From contig JBDNYM010000006.1 in assembly GCA_047722305.1 (NCBI GenBank), forward strand, positions 213 through 64,212: a stretch of 64,000 nt of DNA, in the 5' to 3' direction. The stretch is from Pseudoclavibacter sp. (GTDB lineage Bacteria; Actinomycetota; Actinomycetes; Actinomycetales; Microbacteriaceae). Shown in pieces: positions 46,321 through 55,275 of the stretch; position 1 is the first letter of the stretch; the number at the start of each line of letters is the position of its first letter. Under the pieces are notes generated by a model that worked only from the letters and a program-made list of their open reading frames with translations, was not told the DNA's origin and made no database searches. The position numbers and the translations under genes were made by a program.

Positions 46321-47460
46321 GTGACACTCGAACGAGGAGGTACCTGCGTGTCCGTCGCCGCCCAGCCGAGCGCGAAGAGCAGCGCTCCTCAGCTCGACGA
46401 CATGCCTGTCCCGGTGACCTCGGTGGCACCCGCGCCTTCTCTTCCTGGTTCGCCCGTGCCTCCCGCCCATCGCATCTACTTCTACTCGCCCGATGAATGG
46501 GAAGTCTTCATCGCAGAATGGGCTACCGGCCTCGCCGTCTCGTACCGGCAGATCAAGCGGCTCGGTGGACCTAGCGATCGTGGTGTAGATGTGGCCGCGT
46601 TCAAGACTGAGCGAGGGCTTGAAGACTCGTGGGACTGCTTTCAGGCGAAGCACTACGCGGACTCACTCAATCTGTCGGACGCGATCCCGGAGATGCTGAA
46701 GCTTTTCCGAGGGGTCGTGGACGCCTACTACGTGCTCCCGGACCAGTATGTTTTTGTCGCTCCTCGTGGCTGTGGCAGTTCCCTCAACCGTCTTCTGAGC
46801 AAGCCGACCGAGTTGCGGAAGAAGTTCCTCGAAGTGGTCGATTCCCGTGGTGCAGCAACCAAGGGGCTCGATGAGGTGACGTTGCAGTCAATCCGTGATC
46901 TTGCAGCAGCCTCAGACTTCTCGATTTTTCGATCCCTTGAACTCAACGAGATGCTGGATGTCCACCGCACAACTCCGTACTACGCAGCTCGGTTTGGTAC
47001 GGCATTGCCCGCGAGACCTCCGGTTGGTCAGACGCCAACCGCCCCGGCCCCTGTCGAGGCGGTCTATGTCAAGAAGCTCGTTGACGTCTACAACGAGCAA
47101 GACCCCGTGGCCTGTTCGGATACTGAGTCAGTCACCACCCACGCGAAGTACGGCGCGCATCTTCAGCGCCAGCGGGAGGCCTTTTACTCGGCGGAGGCGC
47201 TACGTCTCTATGCCAGGGACTCGGTGCCGGACGGCACGTTTGAGTTACTGCAAGGCGATGTCTACACGGGCGTCATTGACACAGCGGAAGCGGACCATGC
47301 CAGTGGTCTACATCGACTCCGCGCGGTCCTCTCGCAATCAGGCCAGCTGGACCTCGGTGCCCATGCCCTTATCTCCGTGTCGAGAATCGAGGATCGCCAA
47401 GGCATCTGCCATCAACTTGCCAATGCGGACCGACTGACCTGGGTGGCGAACGATGAGTAG
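46321..47460 (+). CDS. Candidate ABC-3C effector: Mrr-like restriction-endonuclease-fold N-domain plus a helical C-domain.
   Basis: GGPSDRGVDVAAFKTERGLEDSWDCFQAKHY fits the D...D...QxK nuclease core. The likely start is the GTG at 46348, after GAGGAGG. Lower GC than the flanks. Confidence 0.6.
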   Translation: MTLERGGTCVSVAAQPSAKSSAPQLDDMPVPVTSVAPAPSLPGSPVPPAHRIYFYSPDEWEVFIAEWATGLAVSYRQIKRLGGPSDRGVDVAAFKTERGLEDSWDCFQAKHYADSLNLSDAIPEMLKLFRGVVDAYYVLPDQYVFVAPRGCGSSLNRLLSKPTELRKKFLEVVDSRGAATKGLDEVTLQSIRDLAAASDFSIFRSLELNEMLDVHRTTPYYAARFGTALPARPPVGQTPTAPAPVEAVYVKKLVDVYNEQDPVACSDTESVTTHAKYGAHLQRQREAFYSAEALRLYARDSVPDGTFELLQGDVYTGVIDTAEADHASGLHRLRAVLSQSGQLDLGAHALISVSRIEDRQGICHQLANADRLTWVANDE

Positions 47461-47932
47461 CCCTCTCAACAGCCCCCTCGAAGTGGGATTGCGTGTCCTC
47501 ATGATCCTTGTCGAGGCTTTTCCAGCACATCTAGACATCAACCGCCTGGTGCTGCTCGATCACGGGCTCCTACACAGCGCGGACCTTGATGGTCCAGAGA
47601 GCTTGCACCCGCCGATTCCTGTCCGAGTGGGCGAACTCGGAGTCAAAAGACAGCACATCGAAGATGGCCTCCAAGTCATGATCCGTGCCGGCCTCGCAGA
47701 GATGTCTGCCGAGGACAGCGGCATCGAGTTTTGGGCCAGCGAGAGCACCGAAGGCTTCCTAGGGCTACTTGAGAGCGACTATGCGCGCGCCCTGCATGAT
47801 CGTGCGCAGTGGGTCGTCGGGGAACTTGGGGCCGTTGACGATAGCCGTCTGCGAGAGCGCATGCGAGAGGTTTCGTCACACTGGTCCGAGGAGTTCGAGG
47901 TTGTGCTGGCGGAGAGCGGAGGCGACTTCTGA
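47453..47932 (+). CDS. Candidate ABC-3C middle component (small helical protein).
   Basis: 159 aa. It has an 8-nt overlap with the upstream gene and a 1-nt overlap with the downstream ATPase. No catalytic motif. Confidence 0.55.
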   Translation: MSSPLNSPLEVGLRVLMILVEAFPAHLDINRLVLLDHGLLHSADLDGPESLHPPIPVRVGELGVKRQHIEDGLQVMIRAGLAEMSAEDSGIEFWASESTEGFLGLLESDYARALHDRAQWVVGELGAVDDSRLRERMREVSSHWSEEFEVVLAESGGDF

Positions 47933-49806
47933 TGGGACGACTGACGCTTTCTCACCTGACCTTCACCGGTACGAATGTTGCTGCGGCGTCGGTTGACTTC
48001 AGCCCACATGTGACAGTGATTCACGGCCCGTCGGACACCGGCAAGTCCGTCATCGTTGACGCGATCGACTTCGTGCTCGGCGCAAAGGAACTCAAGGAGA
48101 TACCGGAGCGAAACGGCTACAGTCGAGTCCTGTTGGGAATCCAGCTTCCTAGTGGCGACCGCATCACGCTCGCGCGGGCGGTGGATGGCGGCGGAGTCGC
48201 CCTTTATCGAAGCGATGTCCGTGTTGAACCGTCGAGTCCTCCCGACGAGACCCTCGCCGCGAAGCACAGCTCGGCAACCACCGCGAACGTCTCCCGTTTC
48301 CTTCTTGAGCAAGTCGGTCTCGATGAGCAGCAGGTGCGTAAGAACTCACGAAACGACACCAACATGCTCAGCTTCCGCGATCTGACGCGACTGTGCCTCA
48401 TCGGTGAGACCGAGATGCAGGCGGAGATAGCGCCTGGACTCAGCGGGAACCCAGTCAACAAGACCAAGGAAGTCTCGGTTCTGAAGCTCCTCCTCACCGG
48501 GGAAGACGACTCGGCGCTGGTCGCCGTGGCATCACCACAGGAGCAGAAGCGTCTGCGTGGTGCTCGGCAAGAGGTTGTCGAGAGGATGCTCGGGCAACTT
48601 GAAGCACAGCTCCAAGACGTCGCAGAGCCAGCCGAACTCATGGCGCAACTGGGCAAACTGAACCGAACAATCGATGAGCACAGCGCGACAATCGGAGGCC
48701 TCGCGGAGAAGCGAGGGCAGCTTCTCGCGGAACGCAGCCGACTGCAAGAGATCGAGAGAACCGAGCGCGTCGAGTACTCAGACGCAGCAGCGCTCCGCCA
48801 GCGATTCAACCTCTTGCTGAAGCAGTATGAGAGTGACCTCGCACGGCTCGAAATGATCGCCGAAGCGGGGAACCTTCTCGGGTACTTCCGACGCGGCACG
48901 TGCGTCTTCTGCGGTGCGGAACCGGATAGCCAGCACCTCAACATGAGCTGCGAAGGCGACATCACAAGTTTTGGCATGTCCGTCGAGTCCGAGACCCGCA
49001 AGACTCAAGGTCTTCACGAAGACCTGCTTGTGACCATCGACAGCCTCAACGCTCGATCGGAGAGCCTGAAAGTCTCGATCAGAGCAGCGCATCGTGAGTC
49101 AATCAGCCTTCAGAAGAAGATCGACAAGCTCGACGGCGAGATGAGCCCGCACCAAGGCGACCTTCGCGACCTCCTTACGAAGCGCAGTGAGGTCGAGAAG
49201 CACCTCGGACTCTATGAACAAGTGAAGTCTCTCGAAGCCATGATCCGCAAGATCATTGACGAGACCGACGTGGAAGTGGCGACTGCAGTCGCGGGCCTGA
49301 GCCTCACCGCAGTGCGCGAGTTCTCGACCGAGATTTCCAAGCGCCTCACGGAGTGGGACTATCCAGACGCAGATTCCGTTCGTTACGACCGGAATGAACT
49401 AGACATCATCGCCGGAGATCAACAACGATCGGCGCACGGCAAGGGTGTCCGAGCGATTCTCCACGCTGCTTTCACGCTCTCTCTTGCGCAATACTGCTTC
49501 AACCGAGAGTTGCCGCACCCCGGCTTCGTCGTTCTCGACTCTCCACTCGTCACGTACCGTCCGCCAGATCAATCCACAGACACTGATGAAGAGCCCCCCG
49601 AAGGCGTCGTTCGTGCCTTCTACCGTGACATCCAGGAGAACTTCGACGGTCAAATCATCATCATGGAAAACACTGACCCACTCGAACCGCTTGGATCGAA
49701 CGCACTCGATGTACCGTTCACGAAGCGCGTTGATGTCGGGCGGTATGGGTTCTTGCCCGCCGTGGCCACTGAGACCCAGCCCGACGCTCTCCCGCTAGAT
49801 GAGTAG
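47932..49806 (+). CDS. SMC/ABC-type coiled-coil ATPase (candidate ABC-3C ATPase).
   Basis: N-terminal Walker A VIHGPSDTGKSV, a long heptad-like middle with a central CVFCG...C cluster, and C-terminal Walker B GFVVLDSPLVTY. Confidence 0.75.
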   Translation: MGRLTLSHLTFTGTNVAAASVDFSPHVTVIHGPSDTGKSVIVDAIDFVLGAKELKEIPERNGYSRVLLGIQLPSGDRITLARAVDGGGVALYRSDVRVEPSSPPDETLAAKHSSATTANVSRFLLEQVGLDEQQVRKNSRNDTNMLSFRDLTRLCLIGETEMQAEIAPGLSGNPVNKTKEVSVLKLLLTGEDDSALVAVASPQEQKRLRGARQEVVERMLGQLEAQLQDVAEPAELMAQLGKLNRTIDEHSATIGGLAEKRGQLLAERSRLQEIERTERVEYSDAAALRQRFNLLLKQYESDLARLEMIAEAGNLLGYFRRGTCVFCGAEPDSQHLNMSCEGDITSFGMSVESETRKTQGLHEDLLVTIDSLNARSESLKVSIRAAHRESISLQKKIDKLDGEMSPHQGDLRDLLTKRSEVEKHLGLYEQVKSLEAMIRKIIDETDVEVATAVAGLSLTAVREFSTEISKRLTEWDYPDADSVRYDRNELDIIAGDQQRSAHGKGVRAILHAAFTLSLAQYCFNRELPHPGFVVLDSPLVTYRPPDQSTDTDEEPPEGVVRAFYRDIQENFDGQIIIMENTDPLEPLGSNALDVPFTKRVDVGRYGFLPAVATETQPDALPLDE

Positions 49807-50003
49807 GCCCGCAGCCTGCCCAAGCTGATCGGATCGGCTCGTCCAAGGCTCAGAAGCGAACGGTTCCTTCCCCGAAGCGCCGAGCGTACACTGAACGGTG
49901 AGGCGGCTTTCTCCTTCACAGTGGGCCGTTCGCGGCAGGCCTTCGGGCCACTCTTCAACGCACCGTCTCGCAGAGACACCCCTGCGTAGAAGAGGAGCAT
50001 CCG

Positions 50004-50366
50004 ATGATCCGCCTACTGATGATCGCCAGCATCCATATCCGCGACTTCATGCGTCGCTACATGCCGAGCAACATCCTGCTCGACCTCATCCGCACCCGCC
50101 GCGGCCTCAAGTGGGGCGTCCCAGCCATGCTGCTGGCGATCCCGTACTTCGGCGTCGCCTACTGGTGCACCACGATCATCGGCAACGGCGGCCCCGGCTG
50201 GCTCAACCTCGTCGTCCTGATCTGCGTGTGGAGCGGCTTGAAGATGCTGTGGATCGGCCCCGTCAGCCTGATCCACCTACTCCGAGCCAGGACCAGCGAA
50301 CGCCGTGCCCGCCGCGACCACATCCGCCGCAACCACGACGAGCCCGTGCAGACCGGAGTCATGTGA
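50004..50366 (+). CDS. Small membrane protein.
   Basis: AGAGGAG RBS and two or three TM helices (WGVPAMLLAIPYFGVAYWCTTII, WLNLVVLICVWSGLKMLWIGPV). Confidence 0.55.
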   Translation: MIRLLMIASIHIRDFMRRYMPSNILLDLIRTRRGLKWGVPAMLLAIPYFGVAYWCTTIIGNGGPGWLNLVVLICVWSGLKMLWIGPVSLIHLLRARTSERRARRDHIRRNHDEPVQTGVM

Positions 50367-50578
50367 TGGGACGGTACGTGAAGAAGACCACGCGGCGCCG
50401 CCGGGAGGATCGGAACCTCACCGTCCGAGCTGAGCACCGCGACCCGCCAGATGTGGACAAGCTCTGCCAACTGCTCATCAGGTTCACGCTGCAAGACATG
50501 GGGGAATCACGAGCCCAGCAGCGCCGCGAAGAGATTGCCGGGACTCGCAAGGTTCAGTCCGGCGCCAAGGGCGCGTAG
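50366..50578 (+). CDS. Small basic protein (70 aa).
   Basis: The ATG overlaps the upstream stop (TGATG). MGRYVKKTTRRRREDRNLTVRAEHRDPPDVDKLCQLLIRF.... It is the in-frame C-terminal part of ORF 49898-50578. Confidence 0.4.
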   Translation: MGRYVKKTTRRRREDRNLTVRAEHRDPPDVDKLCQLLIRFTLQDMGESRAQQRREEIAGTRKVQSGAKGA

Positions 50579-50605
50579 GCGCGAGTGGTCGGGAGCCACC
50601 GACTC

Positions 50606-51076
50606 CTACTTCCGAGTTGGCTGGCGACCGGATGGCCGGATCGTGTCACCACAGGCAACGATGCCCGCACGGGCGCCGTCCTTGCTGATCCCGAGCTGGG
50701 CGGCGACCTGCGGCAAGGTCAGCCCTTCCTCGTACAGCCGCGCCGCCTCGCGACGGATGCGCTCGGGAAGACCCGGCCGCCTCACCGGCACGCCCGCCCG
50801 GCGCACCAGCTCGCTGACCGTTCCACGATGCACCCCGAAGGTGGCGGCCAGCTCCCGCACCGGCACGCCCTCAGCGTAGGAGTCGAGCAGGGCCGCACGA
50901 TTCGAGGCATTCAAACGAGTTTGAGACTGACGCGATTTTTCGACCACCGGACCCCTGACGTCGGCCCGCCGAGTAGGCTGGGGACGTGCTCCACGACGCC
51001 GGGATGCCTTGTGGACACGGGAAATCAGAGTCGTGAGTGGCCTCCTGGGGTTTGAGAAGCACCTACGGAGGACCAC
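50606..51076 (-). CDS. Protein with two resolvase-type HTH units, paralogue of 55957-56424.
   Basis: YAEGVPVRELAATFGVHRGTVSELVRRAGV and YEEGLTLPQVAAQLGISKDGARAGI. No serine-recombinase catalytic domain. The true start is uncertain (GTG near VVEKSRQSQ is possible). Confidence 0.65.
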   Translation of the reverse strand: MVLRRCFSNPRRPLTTLISRVHKASRRRGARPQPTRRADVRGPVVEKSRQSQTRLNASNRAALLDSYAEGVPVRELAATFGVHRGTVSELVRRAGVPVRRPGLPERIRREAARLYEEGLTLPQVAAQLGISKDGARAGIVACGDTIRPSGRQPTRK

Positions 51077-51093
51077 CTATGAAGTAGCTCGAA

Positions 51094-51114
51094 ACCCCCG
51101 GGAATCCCGGGGGT
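51094..51114. terminator. Perfect hairpin ACCCCCGGGA-A-TCCCGGGGGT.
   Basis: 10-bp arms read directly from the sequence. On the minus strand it is followed by TTTCG. It lies about 165 nt downstream of the 956-aa gene stop. Confidence 0.45.
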
Positions 51115-51278
51115 CTTCGCGTTTCGGCGGCTGATGAGCGTCACCGGTCATCAGCGAGAGCCGCTCGGGAGCTGTGGCCAAGTTGTGGGCAGGCGTCGAT
51201 CTCTCCGCCCGCTGCCGCTGCAGAGCGACTCCCTCATCTACCTCTCCGTCGCTGCCGAGAGCGAACGGCGGCCCAACA

Positions 51279-54149
51279 CTACTCATCGACGTCATCCACG
51301 CTGACTTTGCCGTCGAGCACGGCCTGAACTTGATCTTCGAGGGCGAGATTCCCCTGCGCCCCGAGTTCGTTCATGTATGCCTCGGCTTGGCCTTTCAGGT
51401 CGCCATCTGACGACAGCATGGCGTTCGCGATGACGACAGGAATCGCGTGCCGGCTCAGGTCGAACGCGACCCGTCCGCCTTCGCTGCGCCCGCCTAGAAG
51501 AAGCTTTAGCACCGCGAGCGCAGCGGCAGGGTCTGTGGTTGATGCCTGCGCCAGCTCCTTCCCGATCATGTACCGCTCGGTAGCGATGGTGGGATCGAGT
51601 TCGAGTGCATCTCTCAGCCGGGGAAGCCACCACTCCGAGGTGAACGAGCTACTCTTCGCCAGCCAGTAGATGCCCTCGAGCTCTTTGCTGTCTCCGGGAT
51701 TCTCGCGAACGTGGTCAATGCGGTCGTCCCAGAGAGCCGCGAAGCGATCGCGAATTGACTCTTCCACCGAAGAGGCATGGAAGAAGGACCATGCAACCTT
51801 CCCAAGAGCGTCACCGCGAACCTCAGGACTGGCCTCGGAAAAGAAGGCCTCGAAAACGTGGTCTTCCGCGTCGATGTGCCCATACACGAACGCGTCTATG
51901 ACCCACTCGCCGATGCGCGGCAGTGGGTCGGACTCCCCTTTCCAACCGGCAGCGAGGGAGTCGCCGATGTCGATGGCCGAGAGCATTGCCGGAGTCAGGA
52001 GCTCATACATCAGTCGGTTGTAGCGGTGTGTCGCCATCGCTGTCGTGAGGACGATCTGCTGCTCGATCGAAATGCCTTCGCGAGTACCCACCAGCTCGTC
52101 CAGGTGGGCGTTGATCCAGGCAGGGGCAGAACTCAGAAGTCGACCAAGACCTTCGCCAAGAGCGGCCCGGCCGGCGCCATGTTGATCGACGCGCGCCGCC
52201 TCGGCCTCGATCGCCTTGAGTGCGTCGTCTCGCCACGGCGCGTCCTCCGAACCGGTCGCGGCGACGATGAGCGCCCGGACCCGGCTTGGCCACTGCCAAT
52301 TGAGCGACATGCTAAGTGGATCCCACCCTGAACCTTCGTGCCGGTAGGTATCGTAGTTGACCCAGGCGTCTTCGTCATCCGAGCGATAAATTAGGAGCCG
52401 TGCGAACCGTTCCTCGTACTCGGCAGGCACGACCACCTTGCCACGCTTCTTGAGTAGCTCCTCGAGCAACCCGATGGCGGCGTCCTTGGCACCGCCGTAG
52501 TCCTTGTCGTCGTCGAAGTCACTGCCTTCAACCGGGTACGGGGAAGCAAGCGGGTGGTCAAGCACGTGCTCCACCAACTCTGCAACCTGCGGCCACTCGA
52601 GTTCAAGATCTGCTTTGGTGGCTGCTTCCCATCCCTGCAGGATCGCGCGCAGGTAAGTCGGGCGGAGCTGGCTGCCCAATTGGTGGACTCCTCCGAGCGC
52701 AAGTGGGTTAGTCGTCAAGAGAGCCGAAAGCGCTCTACCTTGGCCTTCATGCGAAGGCTCGGGGCCCCATCCGTCGCCCTTGTCGTGCCAGCTCGCAAGG
52801 TGGACGACGAGTTCCGCAGGCGCCATTGCCACCATTGCATCCTGGCCGGTATGAGGGTTGGGACCGGTCCAGCTTGTAATTCGCCCCATGGGCTTCAGGG
52901 GATCGTCGATTGCGCCGAGTGCTTCATCAAGCTTCGCGAGGTCTTTGCCTAGCTCAGCGGGCAGGGCTTCGGGTCCGATCGCAGAGAGCCAGCTATGCCG
53001 GTATCGCTGTGCCCTCGCTTGAATGCTCTCCTCCCACTCCGGATCAGTGAGACCTTCGGGACGCGGAAGTCTCTCACGCATCCAGTTGAGATCGACCTCA
53101 AATGCCTTCGCGAGGAATGGCGCTATGACCGATGTCGCAGAAGCGTCTGCCCGAGCAACAGCCCTCGCCAGCTGCGCGTACTCAACGCGAAGATGCTCCT
53201 CGTCCGATTGCGGGTCGCCAAGTAGATCCCGCGCCACGAGCACCAGGGCGCCCGTGTCTACTCCCCGGTCGAGGGCCTGACGAAGAGCCTCGGCGATAAC
53301 GAAGATGGCGATCTTCCTCAACAGCTTCACACCGTCACGTAGCAGAACAGCGACCGTGTCAGCCGGCTCCCTGAGTGCCGCCTGGATCGCAACATCTCGA
53401 ACCGCATCAATGAGCGCGTCCTCCGGCCGATCCGAATGGTCATCGCGCGAGTCAATCGACGACCGATCCCTGGCGCTGAAGTCGTACTTGTCTGAAGTAT
53501 GCCCGGACGACTTGACGTATGCCGTCAGCCAACCAACGAGTGCCTTGAGCGCGTTGTCGCCTAGCGCGGGAACCATTCGCGGCAGTTCCGCTTCGTACCA
53601 GTACTCCTCAAGGAGAAGCTCCGGCTTTCGAATCGACCTGGTCTCGTCGCCCGGTCGAGGTTCGAACAGAGCGTTCGCGAGCCAACGACCGAGGCGAGTT
53701 TGACCATCTTCGAGCAACTTGATCGCAACGGAGACAAGGGAACGAGGGTCAGTTCTCCAGCCGAATCCCGACTGCACCCAGGCCTTGATGAGCGGTTCGA
53801 GTCGAGCGCTTGATTCGGCCGGAATCTGAGATCCGATCTCAAACACGGCGCGACGAACCCAGGCGTTGTTGCTCTCCTTTAACTGGAGCAGCACGTCGAC
53901 TACCTCGTCGGGCGCTTGTGGCGCTATCCGAGTTAGGTAGGCAATCTCGGGCCAGTACGTGTCGCGGATGTATCCGTCGCCGGTGGGTTCCGGCTCCGGT
54001 GGGTTCGTGAAGGCCCCCGCCTCCAGGAGGGGACGCACCCAAAGAGGATTCTCGAGACCCTCGTAGAACACTCGTCGAAGCTGGAACGTCGGAATCTTGA
54101 GCAAGGCGGCGCGCACCTGCTCTGCCGTTGGAGCACGGAAGCTAGGCAT
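51279..54149 (-). CDS. Large (956 aa) all-helical, repeat-like protein of unknown function.
   Basis: Uninterrupted ORF with no Walker, nuclease, protease or TM motifs that I can see. Leu/Ala/Glu-rich and HEAT/ARM-like by eye. 8-nt overlap with the upstream gene. Lower GC. Confidence 0.7.
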   Translation of the reverse strand: MPSFRAPTAEQVRAALLKIPTFQLRRVFYEGLENPLWVRPLLEAGAFTNPPEPEPTGDGYIRDTYWPEIAYLTRIAPQAPDEVVDVLLQLKESNNAWVRRAVFEIGSQIPAESSARLEPLIKAWVQSGFGWRTDPRSLVSVAIKLLEDGQTRLGRWLANALFEPRPGDETRSIRKPELLLEEYWYEAELPRMVPALGDNALKALVGWLTAYVKSSGHTSDKYDFSARDRSSIDSRDDHSDRPEDALIDAVRDVAIQAALREPADTVAVLLRDGVKLLRKIAIFVIAEALRQALDRGVDTGALVLVARDLLGDPQSDEEHLRVEYAQLARAVARADASATSVIAPFLAKAFEVDLNWMRERLPRPEGLTDPEWEESIQARAQRYRHSWLSAIGPEALPAELGKDLAKLDEALGAIDDPLKPMGRITSWTGPNPHTGQDAMVAMAPAELVVHLASWHDKGDGWGPEPSHEGQGRALSALLTTNPLALGGVHQLGSQLRPTYLRAILQGWEAATKADLELEWPQVAELVEHVLDHPLASPYPVEGSDFDDDKDYGGAKDAAIGLLEELLKKRGKVVVPAEYEERFARLLIYRSDDEDAWVNYDTYRHEGSGWDPLSMSLNWQWPSRVRALIVAATGSEDAPWRDDALKAIEAEAARVDQHGAGRAALGEGLGRLLSSAPAWINAHLDELVGTREGISIEQQIVLTTAMATHRYNRLMYELLTPAMLSAIDIGDSLAAGWKGESDPLPRIGEWVIDAFVYGHIDAEDHVFEAFFSEASPEVRGDALGKVAWSFFHASSVEESIRDRFAALWDDRIDHVRENPGDSKELEGIYWLAKSSSFTSEWWLPRLRDALELDPTIATERYMIGKELAQASTTDPAAALAVLKLLLGGRSEGGRVAFDLSRHAIPVVIANAMLSSDGDLKGQAEAYMNELGAQGNLALEDQVQAVLDGKVSVDDVDE

Positions 54150-54810
54150 CTGTCCCCTCCTCTGTTGCGTTTATCTCCGCAAGCAGGTCGTCGATGGAGT
54201 GCCGCGTGGCGAAAAAGGCGGTGACGACGCCGTCTAGCAATGCTTCGAATACACCGATGTGCTCTCTGAGTTCGTCGTCGGTCGGCAAGTCAGCGTCCGC
54301 AACATCGCGCTCGTGGAGGTGCGCCCACTTCACGAAGTAGTCACGTGACTCGATCCAACGAGACACGGCCACGTGGCTCGCATTGGCATCGTCCGTGATC
54401 AGCGCAGCGACATCGTCCCTTACCCGCCGCCTCTCGTGGATGGCGGCCTTGAACAGTTTGTCTATTGCCGTGGCCACTTCTTGAGGCACTGGGATGGAAT
54501 CGCCCTCTCGGTAAAGGTCGAGCTCTGGGAATCTCGCGAGAAGCTCCGGGAGCGCTTTCACCTGTTGGCCAGAGGACGGCTTGAACCGAGGGGCAGTCGG
54601 GCGGCCAAGTGCGCCAAGTACCCGATTCATTACCTCTCGCATGCAGTGCGCGATGAGCGCCACTCGCGTGCGAGGATCAAAGACTTCCAAGTCACCACTC
54701 AATAGCGCCAAGGCCGTTCGATAGGAGTTCGCAAGCTCCGTTCGCTTGTCCTGCAACGCGGCCAGAATCCGTTGCTGCCTCTCGTTCATGAATGCGTCCG
54801 ACCCGGCCAT
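54142..54810 (-). CDS. Hypothetical helical protein (222 aa), partner of the 956-aa protein.
   Basis: The ATG at 54810 is 6 nt after the stop of the 46-aa ORF. MAGSDAFMNERQQRILAALQDKRTELANSY...; contains RVALIAHCMREVMNRVLG. Confidence 0.65.
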   Translation of the reverse strand: MAGSDAFMNERQQRILAALQDKRTELANSYRTALALLSGDLEVFDPRTRVALIAHCMREVMNRVLGALGRPTAPRFKPSSGQQVKALPELLARFPELDLYREGDSIPVPQEVATAIDKLFKAAIHERRRVRDDVAALITDDANASHVAVSRWIESRDYFVKWAHLHERDVADADLPTDDELREHIGVFEALLDGVVTAFFATRHSIDDLLAEINATEEGTDA

Positions 54811-54816
54811 TGCGAT

Positions 54817-54957
54817 CTACTCGTTGACCGCGCCGCTTGCGAAAAGTTCGGCCTGCTCGAGTACGAGTTCGACGGCCTTCTCTTCCGCGTCGGTCGGGTA
54901 GTCGTTCTTCGCGAGGAGACGCCGCACCTTCGATCGCATTGCGGCGGGTCGTGCCAT
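54817..54957 (-). CDS. 46-aa ORF resembling the extreme C-terminus of type I restriction HsdR subunits.
   Basis: My translation: MARPAAMRSKVRRLLAKNDYPTDAEEKAVELVLEQAELFASGAVNE. GGAGGAG lies 8 nt upstream of the ATG, and an in-frame stop lies 20 codons upstream. It is below the ORF-track size cutoff. Confidence 0.45.
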   Translation of the reverse strand: MARPAAMRSKVRRLLAKNDYPTDAEEKAVELVLEQAELFASGAVNE

Positions 54958-55275
54958 ACCTGGGTCTCCTCCACACGAGATGGTTACGTCTACTTGTCCA
55001 CAAGGATCCCACTCAGGCTAGCGGCGTTGTCCGACATGACCACGGCTCAACTGCGGCGAACAGATTACGAGAACGAACTCGAATCGGGCTCTGCGCACTC
55101 TGGGTGGGGGTGGGTGAGTAGCTCGGGCGTGGCGTGACGGGGTGAGGCGGGTCCAGGTCTGGAGGATCGGTAGCGACCAAGCAACCTGTCCGTCCGGAGA
55201 CCTCGACCCGTGCCCAATGTTACGTGCTGCGCTGACGCGTGACCATGTTCTGCTGTCTACTGCGATCGCTGTGAA

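Noticed and set aside
51077-51295. 72-aa minus-strand ORF between the 956-aa gene and the HTH gene.
   Set aside because: It overlaps the 956-aa gene stop and spans the terminator hairpin. It has no RBS or recognisable motif and is probably non-coding.
54817-54957. The 46-aa HsdR-tail-like ORF as a decayed remnant of a type I restriction gene truncated by the ISL3 insertion.
   Set aside because: This is not fully excluded, but I translated all three minus-strand frames of 54958-55150 and saw no further HsdR-like sequence. The ORF also has its own RBS and an in-frame stop 20 codons upstream, so it is kept as a low-confidence independent gene.
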